From assembly GCA_023136775.1 (NCBI GenBank), contig JAGLQO010000005.1, forward strand, positions 8,198 through 72,197: a stretch of DNA of 64,000 bases, read 5' to 3'. Below the pieces are notes generated by a model. It had not been told where the DNA came from. It searched no databases and worked only from the letters and a program-made list of their open reading frames with translations. The stretch comes from Candidatus Pacearchaeota archaeon. Lineage in GTDB: Archaea; Nanobdellota; Nanobdellia; Pacearchaeales; GW2011-AR1. The position numbers and the translations under genes were made by a program. Every line of letters begins with the position of its first letter. Positions within the stretch are counted from its first letter, which is position 1. Of this stretch, positions 48,136 through 58,131 are shown piece after piece.

Positions 48136-49098
48136 ATGACAATGAGAAAGATAGTGAAAAAAGGACAATTTAATTTTGCATGGCTCTTTGCAATTTTAGC
48201 AGGAGCTGCAATTTTATTCTTAGCAATTTTTGGAGCAATGAAAACAGGAGACACCGCAAGATTCCAAACAGATACTCAAGTTGCAAAACAAATCTCAATT
48301 TTAACAGACCCTCTGCAAGCAGGATTTAGCGAAGGTTCATTTGGAAGCATCTCATTTAAAAAAGAAACCCGTGTAAATAATATTTGTTTTTCAGATGAAT
48401 TTGGTAAAAACGACATATCAGTCTCGACGAAAAGTGAAGTAGGAGAAGAGTGGAACTTACCAGGAGCAACGATATCAATTCATAATAAATATATATTTTC
48501 TAAAGAGAGAAGTTCGGGATTAGATTATTATGTCTTATCAAAACCATTTAACCTCCCATATAAAGTAGCAGATTTAATATTTATGATTTCAGAAAATTAT
48601 TGTTTTACAGGTGCCCCCGAAGAAATAGAAACAGAAATATTAGGACTCGGAATTCCGAACATAGAAATAAATAACTGCACAGTCTCAGACTCAATAAAAG
48701 TATGTTTCTCGTCCACTTCTAATTGTGACATAGTAGTTTCAGGATCATGCTATACAAACTGTGATTCACTCTACGACAAGGGAACGGTGATAAAAAAAGA
48801 CTCTAATGAGGACGTAAATTTCGTAGGGAATTTAATGTATGCAGCAATATTTTCAGATAAAAGAAACTACGACTGTAATGTAAAAAGATTGCTTTACAGA
48901 ACTAAAAAAATCGCAAGAGAATTGTCAGAAAAAACTGCGATAATGAGTACAAGAGGTTGTACGAGTTCACTTAATAGCGATTTAGTAATTTGGGAATCCA
49001 TGCTAAATAGCACGACCCCAGATACCATAGATAATCTTTTAGGGGATTTAGAAGAACTTGAAAATAAAAATTATAGGGAACAGTGTAATTTATGGTAA
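48136..49098 (+). CDS. Class III signal peptide (pilin-like) protein with Cys-containing head
   Basis: IVKKG/QFNFAWLFAILAGAAILFLAIFG. Confidence 0.78.
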   Translation: MTMRKIVKKGQFNFAWLFAILAGAAILFLAIFGAMKTGDTARFQTDTQVAKQISILTDPLQAGFSEGSFGSISFKKETRVNNICFSDEFGKNDISVSTKSEVGEEWNLPGATISIHNKYIFSKERSSGLDYYVLSKPFNLPYKVADLIFMISENYCFTGAPEEIETEILGLGIPNIEINNCTVSDSIKVCFSSTSNCDIVVSGSCYTNCDSLYDKGTVIKKDSNEDVNFVGNLMYAAIFSDKRNYDCNVKRLLYRTKKIARELSEKTAIMSTRGCTSSLNSDLVIWESMLNSTTPDTIDNLLGDLEELENKNYREQCNLW

Positions 49099-49595
49099 AA
49101 AAAGCACAAATGCAGATTCAACAAATGTCATTTATGTTAATAGCAGTGTTTATATTCTTCGCATTAGTCGGGATGTTTTTTCTAAGAGTTCAAGTTGGAG
49201 GAATAAAGGGGAGTGCCGCACAATTACAAAAAGAACAAGCGATTTCTTCATTGCAAGTTATAGCAGATATGCCAGAATTGAACTTTGACTGCAAAGAATC
49301 CATGACATTAGATAAAGATAAATTACTAATAATGTCAGGAGATTTTGGACAAGATTATGATTTATTTTGGCCGGTAGCCTCAGTTGAAGTTTTCAAAGCA
49401 TATCCAGCATTTGACTCCCAAATAGAATGCCCAGCTCCGAATTGTAATTATTACAATGTCTATAATAACAGCCAATTAAATAGCAAGAAATTCGCGACAT
49501 TCGTATCAATATGTAGCAAGGAACGAGAATCTGGTTCAGTTTACACCAGATGTAACATAGGTAAATTAGTGGTAGGAATAATAAACAATGAATAA
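49092..49595 (+). CDS. Class III signal peptide (pilin-like) protein
   Basis: MVKKA/QMQIQQMSFMLIAVFIFFALVGMFF. Confidence 0.8.
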   Translation: MVKKAQMQIQQMSFMLIAVFIFFALVGMFFLRVQVGGIKGSAAQLQKEQAISSLQVIADMPELNFDCKESMTLDKDKLLIMSGDFGQDYDLFWPVASVEVFKAYPAFDSQIECPAPNCNYYNVYNNSQLNSKKFATFVSICSKERESGSVYTRCNIGKLVVGIINNE

Positions 49596-50082
49596 AAAAG
49601 CTCAACAAGAAATCGTAGGATTTGTTTTAATTGTAGTGGTCGTAATGGTGGGATTAATGATATATTTAACAATGTCGCTTAGAAGCTCCCCAGAAAACGA
49701 AGGGAGTTTAGAGGTCGCGAACGCACTAGACGCATTAATGAAACAAACAACAGAATGCGCAGTAGTATATGTTCCAAATTATGACACCTTCGAAGATTTA
49801 TTCAAAAGTGCATATAAAGGAGAAAGTTGTACTAATTTAAACAAACCAGCAAGAGAATACCTAGAAGAAGCTTCTAGGGAAGTTTTAACAGACATGATGG
49901 CAAGTGAGTCCTCGGTTATGGCATATGAATTACAGTTTGCAGAAAAAAATTCCGAAGGAGCGATACAAGGATTACTCATGTTCACTGAGGGAAACTGCAC
50001 AGGAAATGTAAATTCAGCAATGAGAACATTATCATCAGGCTCAGAAAGGTTACTAATAACATTAAAAACTTGTACTTTCTAA
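49588..50082 (+). CDS. Class III signal peptide (pilin-like) protein
   Basis: MNKKA/QQEIVGFVLIVVVVMVGLMIYL. Confidence 0.82.
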   Translation: MNKKAQQEIVGFVLIVVVVMVGLMIYLTMSLRSSPENEGSLEVANALDALMKQTTECAVVYVPNYDTFEDLFKSAYKGESCTNLNKPAREYLEEASREVLTDMMASESSVMAYELQFAEKNSEGAIQGLLMFTEGNCTGNVNSAMRTLSSGSERLLITLKTCTF

Positions 50083-50441
50083 ATATTTATAATTATCTCA
50101 AGCTTATCAATCGCCAAAACAGGTCGAAGAGATTCCCTTTTTCCAGTTCTTTCCGCATGAAATTCAATAAATCCAAACCTTTCCAAAACCTTAATATCTT
50201 CTCGAACAGACTTAAAATCTCTCTTGAGACTTTTAGCCAAAGCATAAATCGACCGAGGTTCTTCAGTCTTCAAAATATGAAGTATCCGAGCTTTTTCATT
50301 ACTCAAAAGAGATCTCAAGAGCTTAACATCACTAAAGTCATGAGATTTTTTAGCTCCAGTTAACTTAGAGACAAAACTGTCTTTACTAACATTAACATCG
50401 ACATATCTTATTTTAGTTTTTAGTTTTTTCTTTGTTACCAT
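50079..50441 (-). CDS. HVO_A0114-like HTH DNA-binding protein
   Basis: LSNEKARIL..EPRSIYALAKSLKRDFKSVREDIKVLERFGFIE. Confidence 0.8.
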   Translation of the reverse strand: MVTKKKLKTKIRYVDVNVSKDSFVSKLTGAKKSHDFSDVKLLRSLLSNEKARILHILKTEEPRSIYALAKSLKRDFKSVREDIKVLERFGFIEFHAERTGKRESLRPVLAIDKLEIIINI

Positions 50442-50470
50442 TTTATTTTATAAATTCCAAGACAATTTTA

Positions 50471-50581
50471 GCTCACGGATTTATAGCCGTATTATCATTA
50501 ATTTATATAATTGCTTTGGAAAGTTTGGTTATTTTTTTAGCTCACGGATCCACACGGATGTCTTCGACATTCACGGATTTT
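50471..50581 (-). repeat. Family-B repeats downstream of and overlapping the GxxExxY stop
   Basis: GCTCACGGATTT at 50471; GCTCACGGATCCACACGG-ATGTC-TTC-GACAT-TCACGGATT at 50540. Confidence 0.9.
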
Positions 50582-50973
50582 TTTAGCTCATTATTATATA
50601 TTTTACGCTTAACCTCAGGCTGTTTTCCATAATTTAAAAGTAATCCCACTTCTTTATCCGTTGAAGTTAAATAATTTAGTAATTGATTTATATTTTGGTC
50701 CAAAAGTTCCCTTATAGCTTTTATCTCAATTATTATTACATCTTCTATAATAAAATCGGCAATATAATCACCGATGATATTCCCCTCATAATAAACTTTT
50801 ATAGGATATTGATTTTCATATTTTAAATCCATTTTGTTAAATTCAATTATCATAGCTTTCTCATATACTTTTTCTAAAAATCCATAACCAAGAGTATTGT
50901 AAACCTTATAAAATATCTTTATTACTTTATCAGTAATTTCCTCATGTTTCATATTTTCTATCATTTTATTCAC
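50542..50973 (-). CDS. GxxExxY protein (PD-(D/E)XK nuclease-like)
   Basis: VYNTLGYGFLEKVYE, ADFI...IIEIKA, QLLNYL, GLLLNYG. Confidence 0.95.
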   Translation of the reverse strand: MNKMIENMKHEEITDKVIKIFYKVYNTLGYGFLEKVYEKAMIIEFNKMDLKYENQYPIKVYYEGNIIGDYIADFIIEDVIIIEIKAIRELLDQNINQLLNYLTSTDKEVGLLLNYGKQPEVKRKIYNNELKKSVNVEDIRVDP

Positions 50974-51008
50974 TCAAGTTTTGCCTTGGAAGTTTAGTTG
51001 TATTTATT

Positions 51009-51228
51009 GCTCACGGATTTGCACAGATACTCATCGAGTATTCACGGATTTCTGTTTTTGAGAGTGTTTTCTCATTTTTGAATATGTTTTTAAGCCAGTG
51101 CCTTGAATCCGTGAACGCGATAGCGTCCGTGTAAATCCGTGAGCCATTTTGCATTGATTATATTTTTCCATATTTTTAATCTATCTGTCCCCTGTCTTGA
51201 ATCCCATAAATCCCCAGAATCCGCGAGC
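51009..51228. repeat. Family-B repeats upstream of GxxExxY (inverted pair plus degenerate copy)
   Basis: 51009-51051 on minus, 51105-51144 on plus, 51197-51228 degenerate. Confidence 0.9.
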
Positions 51229-51473
51229 CAATTTGCTTTCCTGCATTGAATCTTCCCAATCCCCGAACCAAGTTGCATCCCCCGACGCTGATTAACCATT
51301 AACCCAAATCCCTCGTCGACAAATCTTAATAGTACTACCATTTCTTTATATATCCGGTAAGTCAACCCAGATATATAAAGATTGTGTTTTTGTATATTAA
51401 TAATTTTTTATTAATTCCTCGTCGATAATAATAAAGTCATAAAAAATCAGCGTCGAAGAACGACGCAACAAGT

Positions 51474-51504
51474 CCCGTCACCCGTCACCCGTCACCCGTC
51501 ACCC
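51474..51504 (+). repeat. Heptamer tandem repeat (CCCGTCA)x4
   Basis: Seen directly in the sequence. Confidence 0.9.
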
Positions 51505-51687
51505 CAGACCATCTGCATCAGCAGATATAGGGGGCATTTTATACCATATATATAAATTTAACCAATATCGTTAACAACCCCAAAACAAGAAATGTGTTGT
51601 CTCCAAATGTAATAACGAAAGCTTTATAAATAAACTAGCAAAAACAGCCATTTTAACCCATTTTGTCGAGGACGCTTAACCATTAGC

Positions 51688-51894
51688 TTTATATATAGAA
51701 AACGGCTAAAGTGATTAAGTGTTATTGTTATCAATAATGCTGACTAGTCAGTGTTCAAATGGGAACCCTAGTGATGACGCTTATAACGCTCCCTAGTTAT
51801 AAGAACCTGCCAGACTATTTTGTTGAATGTGGATTAACCACAGCCAAATCATTGGCGGCTAACAAAAATAGTACTGAAAGGAGGTTTAATAATA
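51688..51894 (+). promoter_or_regulatory. TATA box, long structured 5' UTR and SD of the S-layer gene
   Basis: TTTATATA at 51688; stems CTTATAAC/GTTATAAG, ACTATTTTGTT/AACAAAAATAGT, TGTGG/CCACA and GCCAA/TTGGC; GGAGGT before the ATG. Confidence 0.65.
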
Positions 51895-54288
51895 ATGAAA
51901 AAAATATTTAGAAAAGCTATAACAGTTTTAGGAAGTGCTGCTTTAATTGGTGCTACTGTAGGTGCGGCTGCTGCTGCTGCTTACCCTGCTCAATTTACAG
52001 CAAGTAACACAGTTATCGTTTACGGATCCGACTCTGGAGCCGCTGATAACATTGCTACTACAGCCCTAAATGCTGATTTATTATCTTTAGCTGCTGGTTC
52101 TACAACTACAACAACTGTTGAAGGTGGAGAAGTTTTTTCTTTAGGTAAAGATTCTGACGAGTTTGAATTTGGTTACAATTTATCTAGTGTTTTCACAAGC
52201 TTAGATGATGGTGAAATGGAAAGTTTCTTAGCTGATGGAGAATATGACGATGGAGTTATTGATTCTGAATTTTCTCAAGAGATTACTTTAGGTACTCAGG
52301 CATTAAGTTTATTCGCTGATACTGATTACGACGACGATAAGACTCCAACAATTGGATTCCATTTCGATGATACTGAAGTTTTATCTTACGAGATGACTTT
52401 GGATGATTCTGATGAAGTTTATGTAAACATGATAGATACTGAAATCCCATTAATGGGAAGAGAGTATTATGTTCTGGATGCAACAGCTGACGAGGTAACT
52501 CTATTGGATTCTGCTGAAAAGGTAGTTGTTACTGAAGGAGAAACAATAACTGTTGATGGTAAAACAATTTCTATATCTGTTGCTGCTGAAACATATGTAA
52601 GGTTTGTAGTTAATGGAGAAATGACTGATAAGTTACACGATTCTGGTACTGATTACGACTTGTATCAAGAATTAGATGATGGTTCTTATATAGTAGTATC
52701 TTCAAATGATTACAATGCTAAAGATAGTGGAATTAGTAGTGCTGAAATTTCTATTGGTAAAGGTAAGTTAACTTTATCTAATGATGGTGGAGAAGTTGAA
52801 ATAAACGATGAAACCGTTACTGGATTAACATCTTACGTATATTCTACTGGAACTACTCCAGTTAATGCTGTAGGCACAGAAGTAATCAAGTCTATTAAAT
52901 TGACTTGGACTACTGATGATGAAGAATTTTTAGTTGAAGGAGGAGCTATGGTTATGCCAGGCTTTGAAACAATCAAGGTTCTATTTGGTGGAATGAACTT
53001 TCCAGAAGACTCTGAAAAGATATCAATTGACAATGGAGAAACTGTTACATTAAACATGGAAAATTTCGATGTTGATTTAATGTATGCTACTACTGAAGCA
53101 AATGGTGTTCAAGGTGACGATGGTAATTTATTACACATTGATGCAACTCCGAGTTCCACAAAAACATATTTCCTAAAAGATGGAGATAGATTCTTGGCTA
53201 CTGATTTAGATGAAACTTTAAGTGAGGTTGAACAACTTTACTATGAAGTTACTACATTGAGGAATGATTCTAACGGATTTGACTTAGTGCTAAATGATTT
53301 AACAGATGCTGATAAAGACATACCATTTGATGATGATGAAGCTGACGAAACTGATACCTCTCGAGGTGACGTAGAGGTTAAGCTAAATTTAGTTTATGAA
53401 GATGGTGTTAATGTTACTGATGCTGATGCCGCATTAATTGATGCAGCAGGTTTATCTACCGCTCTATTGACTAGTTATCCTAGTGATAACTCTACATTAG
53501 TAGAGATTGCAAAGGTTACTGTTACTCAAGACGATAGTATTGATTTACATTTCGACAAGGTAGTTTCTGATACTGGTATGATTGTAGAGATCCCTGTAGC
53601 TGCTGATGTAGCAGATAACGACGATCTTTTAATCTTCTACGAAGCTAAAGATGATGGTGATTTAGAAACAACATTTTCATCTGCTACTGCTGATATCTAT
53701 GCCGATTTAGATTGGGATACTTCTGATGAATATGTATATGCAAATGAGAATTCTACTGCTATTACTTTCAAGGAAGAATCTGATAACAATTACATAGGTT
53801 ATGTTGAATCTGATTTAACATCTATGGTTAGTTATGATACAGACGCACACTCTTACGAAATAACATATTTCGGAGAAGAGGTTGTTGCTGACGTTTCAAT
53901 TGCATCTGCTGATGCTGTACTTTCTACTTCTACAGAATCTGGAAACTTAATTGTTTTAGATACTGATGCTGATAAGCTCGTTGGTAAAAACTTGATTGTT
54001 GTTGGTGGTTCTGCTATCAACCGTGTTGCTGCTGATTTACTTAGTTTAAATTACCCATCTTATGGTGCTGATTTCACTGAGAAGACTGGTATTGCTGACG
54101 GACAAGCTCTAATTGAAGTTTTCCCTTACAGTGGGAATACTGCTATATTAGTTGCTGGTTACACGGCTGCTGACACTGCAAAGGCTACAACTTACTTACT
54201 TCACGAATCCGAAGATTTCGATTTGGTTGAAGGAGCTAAGTTAAAAGTTACATCTGCTACTGAAGCTACTGTTGTTACTACTGCTTAA
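51895..54288 (+). CDS. S-layer protein (Methanococcales/Thermococcales-type N and C domains)
   Basis: Signal peptide; AYPAQF..VIVYG..AADN.A; C-terminal NLIVVGGSAINRVAA..ILVAGY.A.DT; very acidic; strongly biased codons. Confidence 0.92.
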   Translation: MKKIFRKAITVLGSAALIGATVGAAAAAAYPAQFTASNTVIVYGSDSGAADNIATTALNADLLSLAAGSTTTTTVEGGEVFSLGKDSDEFEFGYNLSSVFTSLDDGEMESFLADGEYDDGVIDSEFSQEITLGTQALSLFADTDYDDDKTPTIGFHFDDTEVLSYEMTLDDSDEVYVNMIDTEIPLMGREYYVLDATADEVTLLDSAEKVVVTEGETITVDGKTISISVAAETYVRFVVNGEMTDKLHDSGTDYDLYQELDDGSYIVVSSNDYNAKDSGISSAEISIGKGKLTLSNDGGEVEINDETVTGLTSYVYSTGTTPVNAVGTEVIKSIKLTWTTDDEEFLVEGGAMVMPGFETIKVLFGGMNFPEDSEKISIDNGETVTLNMENFDVDLMYATTEANGVQGDDGNLLHIDATPSSTKTYFLKDGDRFLATDLDETLSEVEQLYYEVTTLRNDSNGFDLVLNDLTDADKDIPFDDDEADETDTSRGDVEVKLNLVYEDGVNVTDADAALIDAAGLSTALLTSYPSDNSTLVEIAKVTVTQDDSIDLHFDKVVSDTGMIVEIPVAADVADNDDLLIFYEAKDDGDLETTFSSATADIYADLDWDTSDEYVYANENSTAITFKEESDNNYIGYVESDLTSMVSYDTDAHSYEITYFGEEVVADVSIASADAVLSTSTESGNLIVLDTDADKLVGKNLIVVGGSAINRVAADLLSLNYPSYGADFTEKTGIADGQALIEVFPYSGNTAILVAGYTAADTAKATTYLLHESEDFDLVEGAKLKVTSATEATVVTTA

Positions 54289-54331
54289 ATCTTAAGTTAA
54301 AAACAAATTTTTTATTTTTTTATTTTTACTT

Positions 54332-54357
54332 TTGATTCGCCCTTCGGGGCGAATCAA
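54332..54357 (+). terminator. T-tracts plus cUUCGg hairpin after the S-layer gene
   Basis: TTGATTCGCCC-TTCG-GGGCGAATCAA; identical copy at about 56280. Confidence 0.7.
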
Positions 54358-54448
54358 TATCTATTCTTGATTAATTTCGAGAAGGATTTTCCTTTCTTTT
54401 GCTTATGTCGAGAAACTAAATTTTTATCTAAACTCCAAGGCAATTTTA

Positions 54449-54634
54449 GCCACGGATTACTCAAGACTTTAACGGATTCAAGACAAAAGCAGAAAGACAA
54501 ATTGGCTCACGGATTACACGGACGTCTTCGACGTTCACAGATTCAAGACAATAACTTGGATAACAATTTTTATTTAATCTACCAGCTAGTACCTTAATCC
54601 GTGAATACCGAAGGTATCCGTGAAATCCGTGAGC
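54449..54634. repeat. Family-B repeats (inverted arrangement)
   Basis: GCTCACGGATTACACGG-ACGTC-TTC-GACGT-TCAC and AATCCGTGA-ATACC-GAA-GGTAT-CCGTGAAATCCGTGAGC. Confidence 0.9.
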
Positions 54635-54671
54635 AAATTGTATTCCTGCCTTGAAGTAGTCCATAATTATT

Positions 54672-55973
54672 CTAACCCCCTTTTACAATTTTCCAAGACC
54701 CTTCCTTCCTTCCCCCAACACGTTTCAAATAGCCATCTTTCTTTAAGTTATCAAGATGATATTTAACCCCATCTGCCGAAATATTGAGAACTTTAGCCAA
54801 CTCATTTCTCGTAATTTTAGAATTATTTAGGACTAATGAAAGAATCTTTTGGGTAGTCTTTTGGGTAGGAGCTGGGAAGTAGTTCTTACGCCTGAATGTT
54901 GTGATAAATATTTCTGCAACTTCTTTAAAATTAGCTGTTGGTTCTTCCGATAAAATTAAACTTATACCTCTTCCCCATTTTTCAACAAAATGTACATCAT
55001 GAAATAGATTTGCAATTATTTCATTTCTTCTTTTAGAAACCTTTTCCTTTCTAATTTGTTTAATTGTAAGTCCTCCATACAAACTTCCCGGATTTCTAAT
55101 TTCTAATCTATCTTTGAAAATAGCTATATTAACAGAATCATCGTCGTAATAATTTCTATGACAAAAAGCATTAATGATCGCCTCTCTAAAGGCATCTTTA
55201 TCTATTTCAGGGATATCAACCCTATACATTCCCTCAATTTTCATACCTATATGAATATTTTTCAAAATATATTCTTCTGCTTTTTCAATTAATTCAAATA
55301 AATCCCCTTCAAATTCTTGTCGATCAATAATCATTGATGTTTCAGTGGTTCCAAATACAGCACACCTTAACTTTGCATTCAAAAATCTTTTTTGGGGATT
55401 TTCCCCAAAGAGAATAATCGCAGCGTTAAGTAACTTCTTATTTTTTACTAGTCCTAATTTATTAAGAGAACTTTCGACAGATTCATATTCTTTACCGGAT
55501 TTTTTCAAAAACCACTTCAATCTCTTAATACTTATATCTTCTAACGTTGCATCTTCACAAATTTCTGTATCCCATCTTAATTTATCCTTATTCTTTTCTA
55601 AAATTATTTTTTCAAGTTCTTTGGCAGAAATCAATTTATCCTCGTCGGCAACCCGCATATAAGCCCGACCATTTGCATAATATGGAATATTGCCTCCCTG
55701 AAATTCTACCAAAATACATTTCCTCCCCTCTACCTCTTCTTCACGAATTTTTGGAAAAATCTTTGGCTCGATATTAGAAGAAATTTTTTGAGAAATATCT
55801 CTCAAAGTTTTTTCATTGATACTCTGTCCGATAACTTTACCATCAGAATTAATCCCAAAATAAATTTCTCCTTTTTGATGTTTGTTTAAAATACTCGAAA
55901 TTGAAATTATAGCCTCCTTTAATTCAGATGTAGATTTTTTGAATTCCAGCGTTTCGCTTTCTTTTTTATCCAT
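54672..55973 (-). CDS. AlbA_2/Schlafen + HATPase_c_4 + HTH protein (RecG-C-like regulator)
   Basis: ESETLEFKKS, N...GEIYFGI, REAIINAFCHRNY, NPG, RRN..IA, EKWGRG; C-terminal HTH LKRVGGRKEGSW. Confidence 0.92.
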   Translation of the reverse strand: MDKKESETLEFKKSTSELKEAIISISSILNKHQKGEIYFGINSDGKVIGQSINEKTLRDISQKISSNIEPKIFPKIREEEVEGRKCILVEFQGGNIPYYANGRAYMRVADEDKLISAKELEKIILEKNKDKLRWDTEICEDATLEDISIKRLKWFLKKSGKEYESVESSLNKLGLVKNKKLLNAAIILFGENPQKRFLNAKLRCAVFGTTETSMIIDRQEFEGDLFELIEKAEEYILKNIHIGMKIEGMYRVDIPEIDKDAFREAIINAFCHRNYYDDDSVNIAIFKDRLEIRNPGSLYGGLTIKQIRKEKVSKRRNEIIANLFHDVHFVEKWGRGISLILSEEPTANFKEVAEIFITTFRRKNYFPAPTQKTTQKILSLVLNNSKITRNELAKVLNISADGVKYHLDNLKKDGYLKRVGGRKEGSWKIVKGG

Positions 55974-56029
55974 ATAATCGCCAAGTATCCTAATCTTTTA
56001 AATCTATTTTATGCAATGTAGCGAAGCTT

Positions 56030-56237
56030 TTACTTCTACCATTGGTGTTGCTGACGGAGAATTCTCGAATCCAATCTTTCGATAGATCTGGAAAGACTGC
56101 TCTATTAGTTGCTGGTTACAGTGCAGCCGATACAACTAAAGCCGCTACTTATTTACTAAACGAAGACGTTGATACAACTGTCGGAGTTAAGGTAAAAGGT
56201 ACATCTGCTACTGAAGCTACTGTTGTAACTGCTTAGA
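56030..56237 (+). pseudogene. Orphan, divergent S-layer gene 3' end followed by a duplicated terminator region
   Basis: GKTALLVAGYSAADTTKAATYLL..TSATEATVVTA versus GNTAILVAGYTAADTAKATTYLL..TSATEATVVTTA; 56200-56385 is near-identical to 54249-54432. Confidence 0.88.
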
Positions 56238-56396
56238 TCTTAAGTTAAAAAACAAATTTTTATTTTTTTATTTTTACTTTTGATTCGCCCTTCGGGGCGA
56301 ATCAATATCTATTCTTGATTAATTTCGAGAAGAATTTTATTTTCTTTTGCCTATGTCGAGAGACTAAGTTTTTATCTAAATTCCTAAAACAAATTA

Positions 56397-56501
56397 GCTC
56401 TCAGGACTTTTGGGGATTTGAAGGATTCAAGGCAATAAATTGAATAATAATTTTTATTTAATCTACTAGCTAGTGTCTTAAATCCGTGAGAATCCGTGAG
56501 C
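56397..56501. repeat. Family-B repeats
   Basis: GCTCTCAGGACTT ... AATCCGTGAGAATCCGTGAGC. Confidence 0.85.
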
Positions 56502-56614
56502 AATTTCCCCTCCCTTGTCCCATATTTCAAAATTAGTATATTCCGACTAATTCATCCACGTTTGTTACACAAAATCGTAACATTTAAGTAGTATATGTTA
56601 CATTAAAATGTAAC

Positions 56615-57907
56615 ATGGAAATTGGAAAATTAGTTGAATGGAATCCCTGGTGGGAAAATAAAAATTTACTAACCAATCTAACAGGTAAGCCCAGACCAGC
56701 ATACAATATACTAGTTAATTCTATTAAAATAAAAGAAATAACAATTATAACAGGCGTTAGAAGAGCAGGAAAAAGTACACTGATGTATCAAATGATAGAA
56801 AATTTGTTTGCTAAGAATATTGATCCAAAACAAATATTATTTGTTAATCTAGAAGACAAAACATTGTCTAAAGATTCTCTGGAAGATATTTATTTGACTT
56901 ACAGAAAAGATATTAATCCAGATAAACGAGCATACATTTTCCTTGACGAAATTCATAAAAGAGAAGGATGGGAAAGTTGGGTAAGGAAAAAATATGATCT
57001 TAAAACAAATGATAAATTTATTATTTCTGGATCATGTTCTTATTTGTTAAAGAAGGAATATTCAACATTATTGACTGGCAGAAATCTTACCTTTGAAGTA
57101 TTTCCCTCAAGCTTTGATGAATTTTTATTATTTAAAAAAGTAATTATTAACAAAAAAGATATAAAAAAAGGCATAATTTTGGAAAAAACAAAAAATTCTA
57201 TTCTAAAAAATCTTAATGAATATTTGAATATAGGAGGATTTCCAGAAATAGAGTTCAAACAAAAAGATTATCAGATGAAAATATTGAAACAGTATTTTGA
57301 TGATATTTTATTTAAAGATATAATAGATAGATTCAATTTGAATAGCCAGAAAACTGAAGACTTGGCATTATTTTTTATAACTAACGTTACAAGTTTAGTC
57401 TCCTTAAGAAATATAAGAAATTCGTTAAATTTATCCTATGATACCATTAAAGAATATATGTCACATTTTAAAGATGCCTTTTTGTTTTTTACCCTTGATT
57501 ATTTTTCATATTCTTTAAAGGAACAAAAGACAATGGCGTCTAAAGTATATTGTGTGGACAGTGGTTTAAGAAATGCAGTTTCATTTAAATTCTCTCGAGA
57601 CTTGGGAAAATTAGCAGAGAATTTAGTTTTTGTAGAATTGAAAAGAAGAGAAAATGAATTTTATTATTGGAAAACTCCAAAAGAAGAAGTCGATTTCGTA
57701 ATTAAAGAAAAAAACAATTCTTTGACTGCTATAAATGTCTCGTATACGGACGAAATTGATGATAGAGAAACTAGGGGACTCTTAAATTTTAATAAACAAT
57801 TTGAAAAATGTAAAAAATTGATTTTATTAACGAAGGATTTAGAAAAAAAAGAAAAGGGAATTTTATTTATTCCCTTATGGAAATGGTTAATAATAACTGA
57901 TAAATAA
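56615..57907 (+). CDS. AAA_14 + DUF4143 ATPase (COG1373 type)
   Basis: NPWW, Walker A GVRRAGKST, FLDEI, SGS, LTGR, GGFPE, ENLV, EVDFV. Confidence 0.93.
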   Translation: MEIGKLVEWNPWWENKNLLTNLTGKPRPAYNILVNSIKIKEITIITGVRRAGKSTLMYQMIENLFAKNIDPKQILFVNLEDKTLSKDSLEDIYLTYRKDINPDKRAYIFLDEIHKREGWESWVRKKYDLKTNDKFIISGSCSYLLKKEYSTLLTGRNLTFEVFPSSFDEFLLFKKVIINKKDIKKGIILEKTKNSILKNLNEYLNIGGFPEIEFKQKDYQMKILKQYFDDILFKDIIDRFNLNSQKTEDLALFFITNVTSLVSLRNIRNSLNLSYDTIKEYMSHFKDAFLFFTLDYFSYSLKEQKTMASKVYCVDSGLRNAVSFKFSRDLGKLAENLVFVELKRRENEFYYWKTPKEEVDFVIKEKNNSLTAINVSYTDEIDDRETRGLLNFNKQFEKCKKLILLTKDLEKKEKGILFIPLWKWLIITDK

Positions 57908-58131
57908 AAAATTAAATCATATTAACTAATATTGTTGCTCCCAAATCCTCAAAAATCAACAACACCAATTTCTTCAATATTATTTTCCTCATCCTCTTCA
58001 TCAATTAAATTTTTCAAAATCAATTATCCCACTTAATCATTTCAGCCAATCAATTTCACTTCAAAAATTAATTTTTAGAAAACCTAAAAAAGAATATAAC
58101 CTAATTAATCATAGAGTCACAATATTAGAAA

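Noticed and set aside
35218..50082. Pilin-like cluster as an archaellum operon
   Set aside because: No archaellin N-terminal consensus (G.G.LI.FIA..LVAA) and no arlH, arlI or arlJ.
51090..51365. 91-aa minus-strand ORF, and similar ORFs at 7447-7846, 29974, 54367-54664 and 61074
   Set aside because: Made largely of family-A or family-B repeat sequence.
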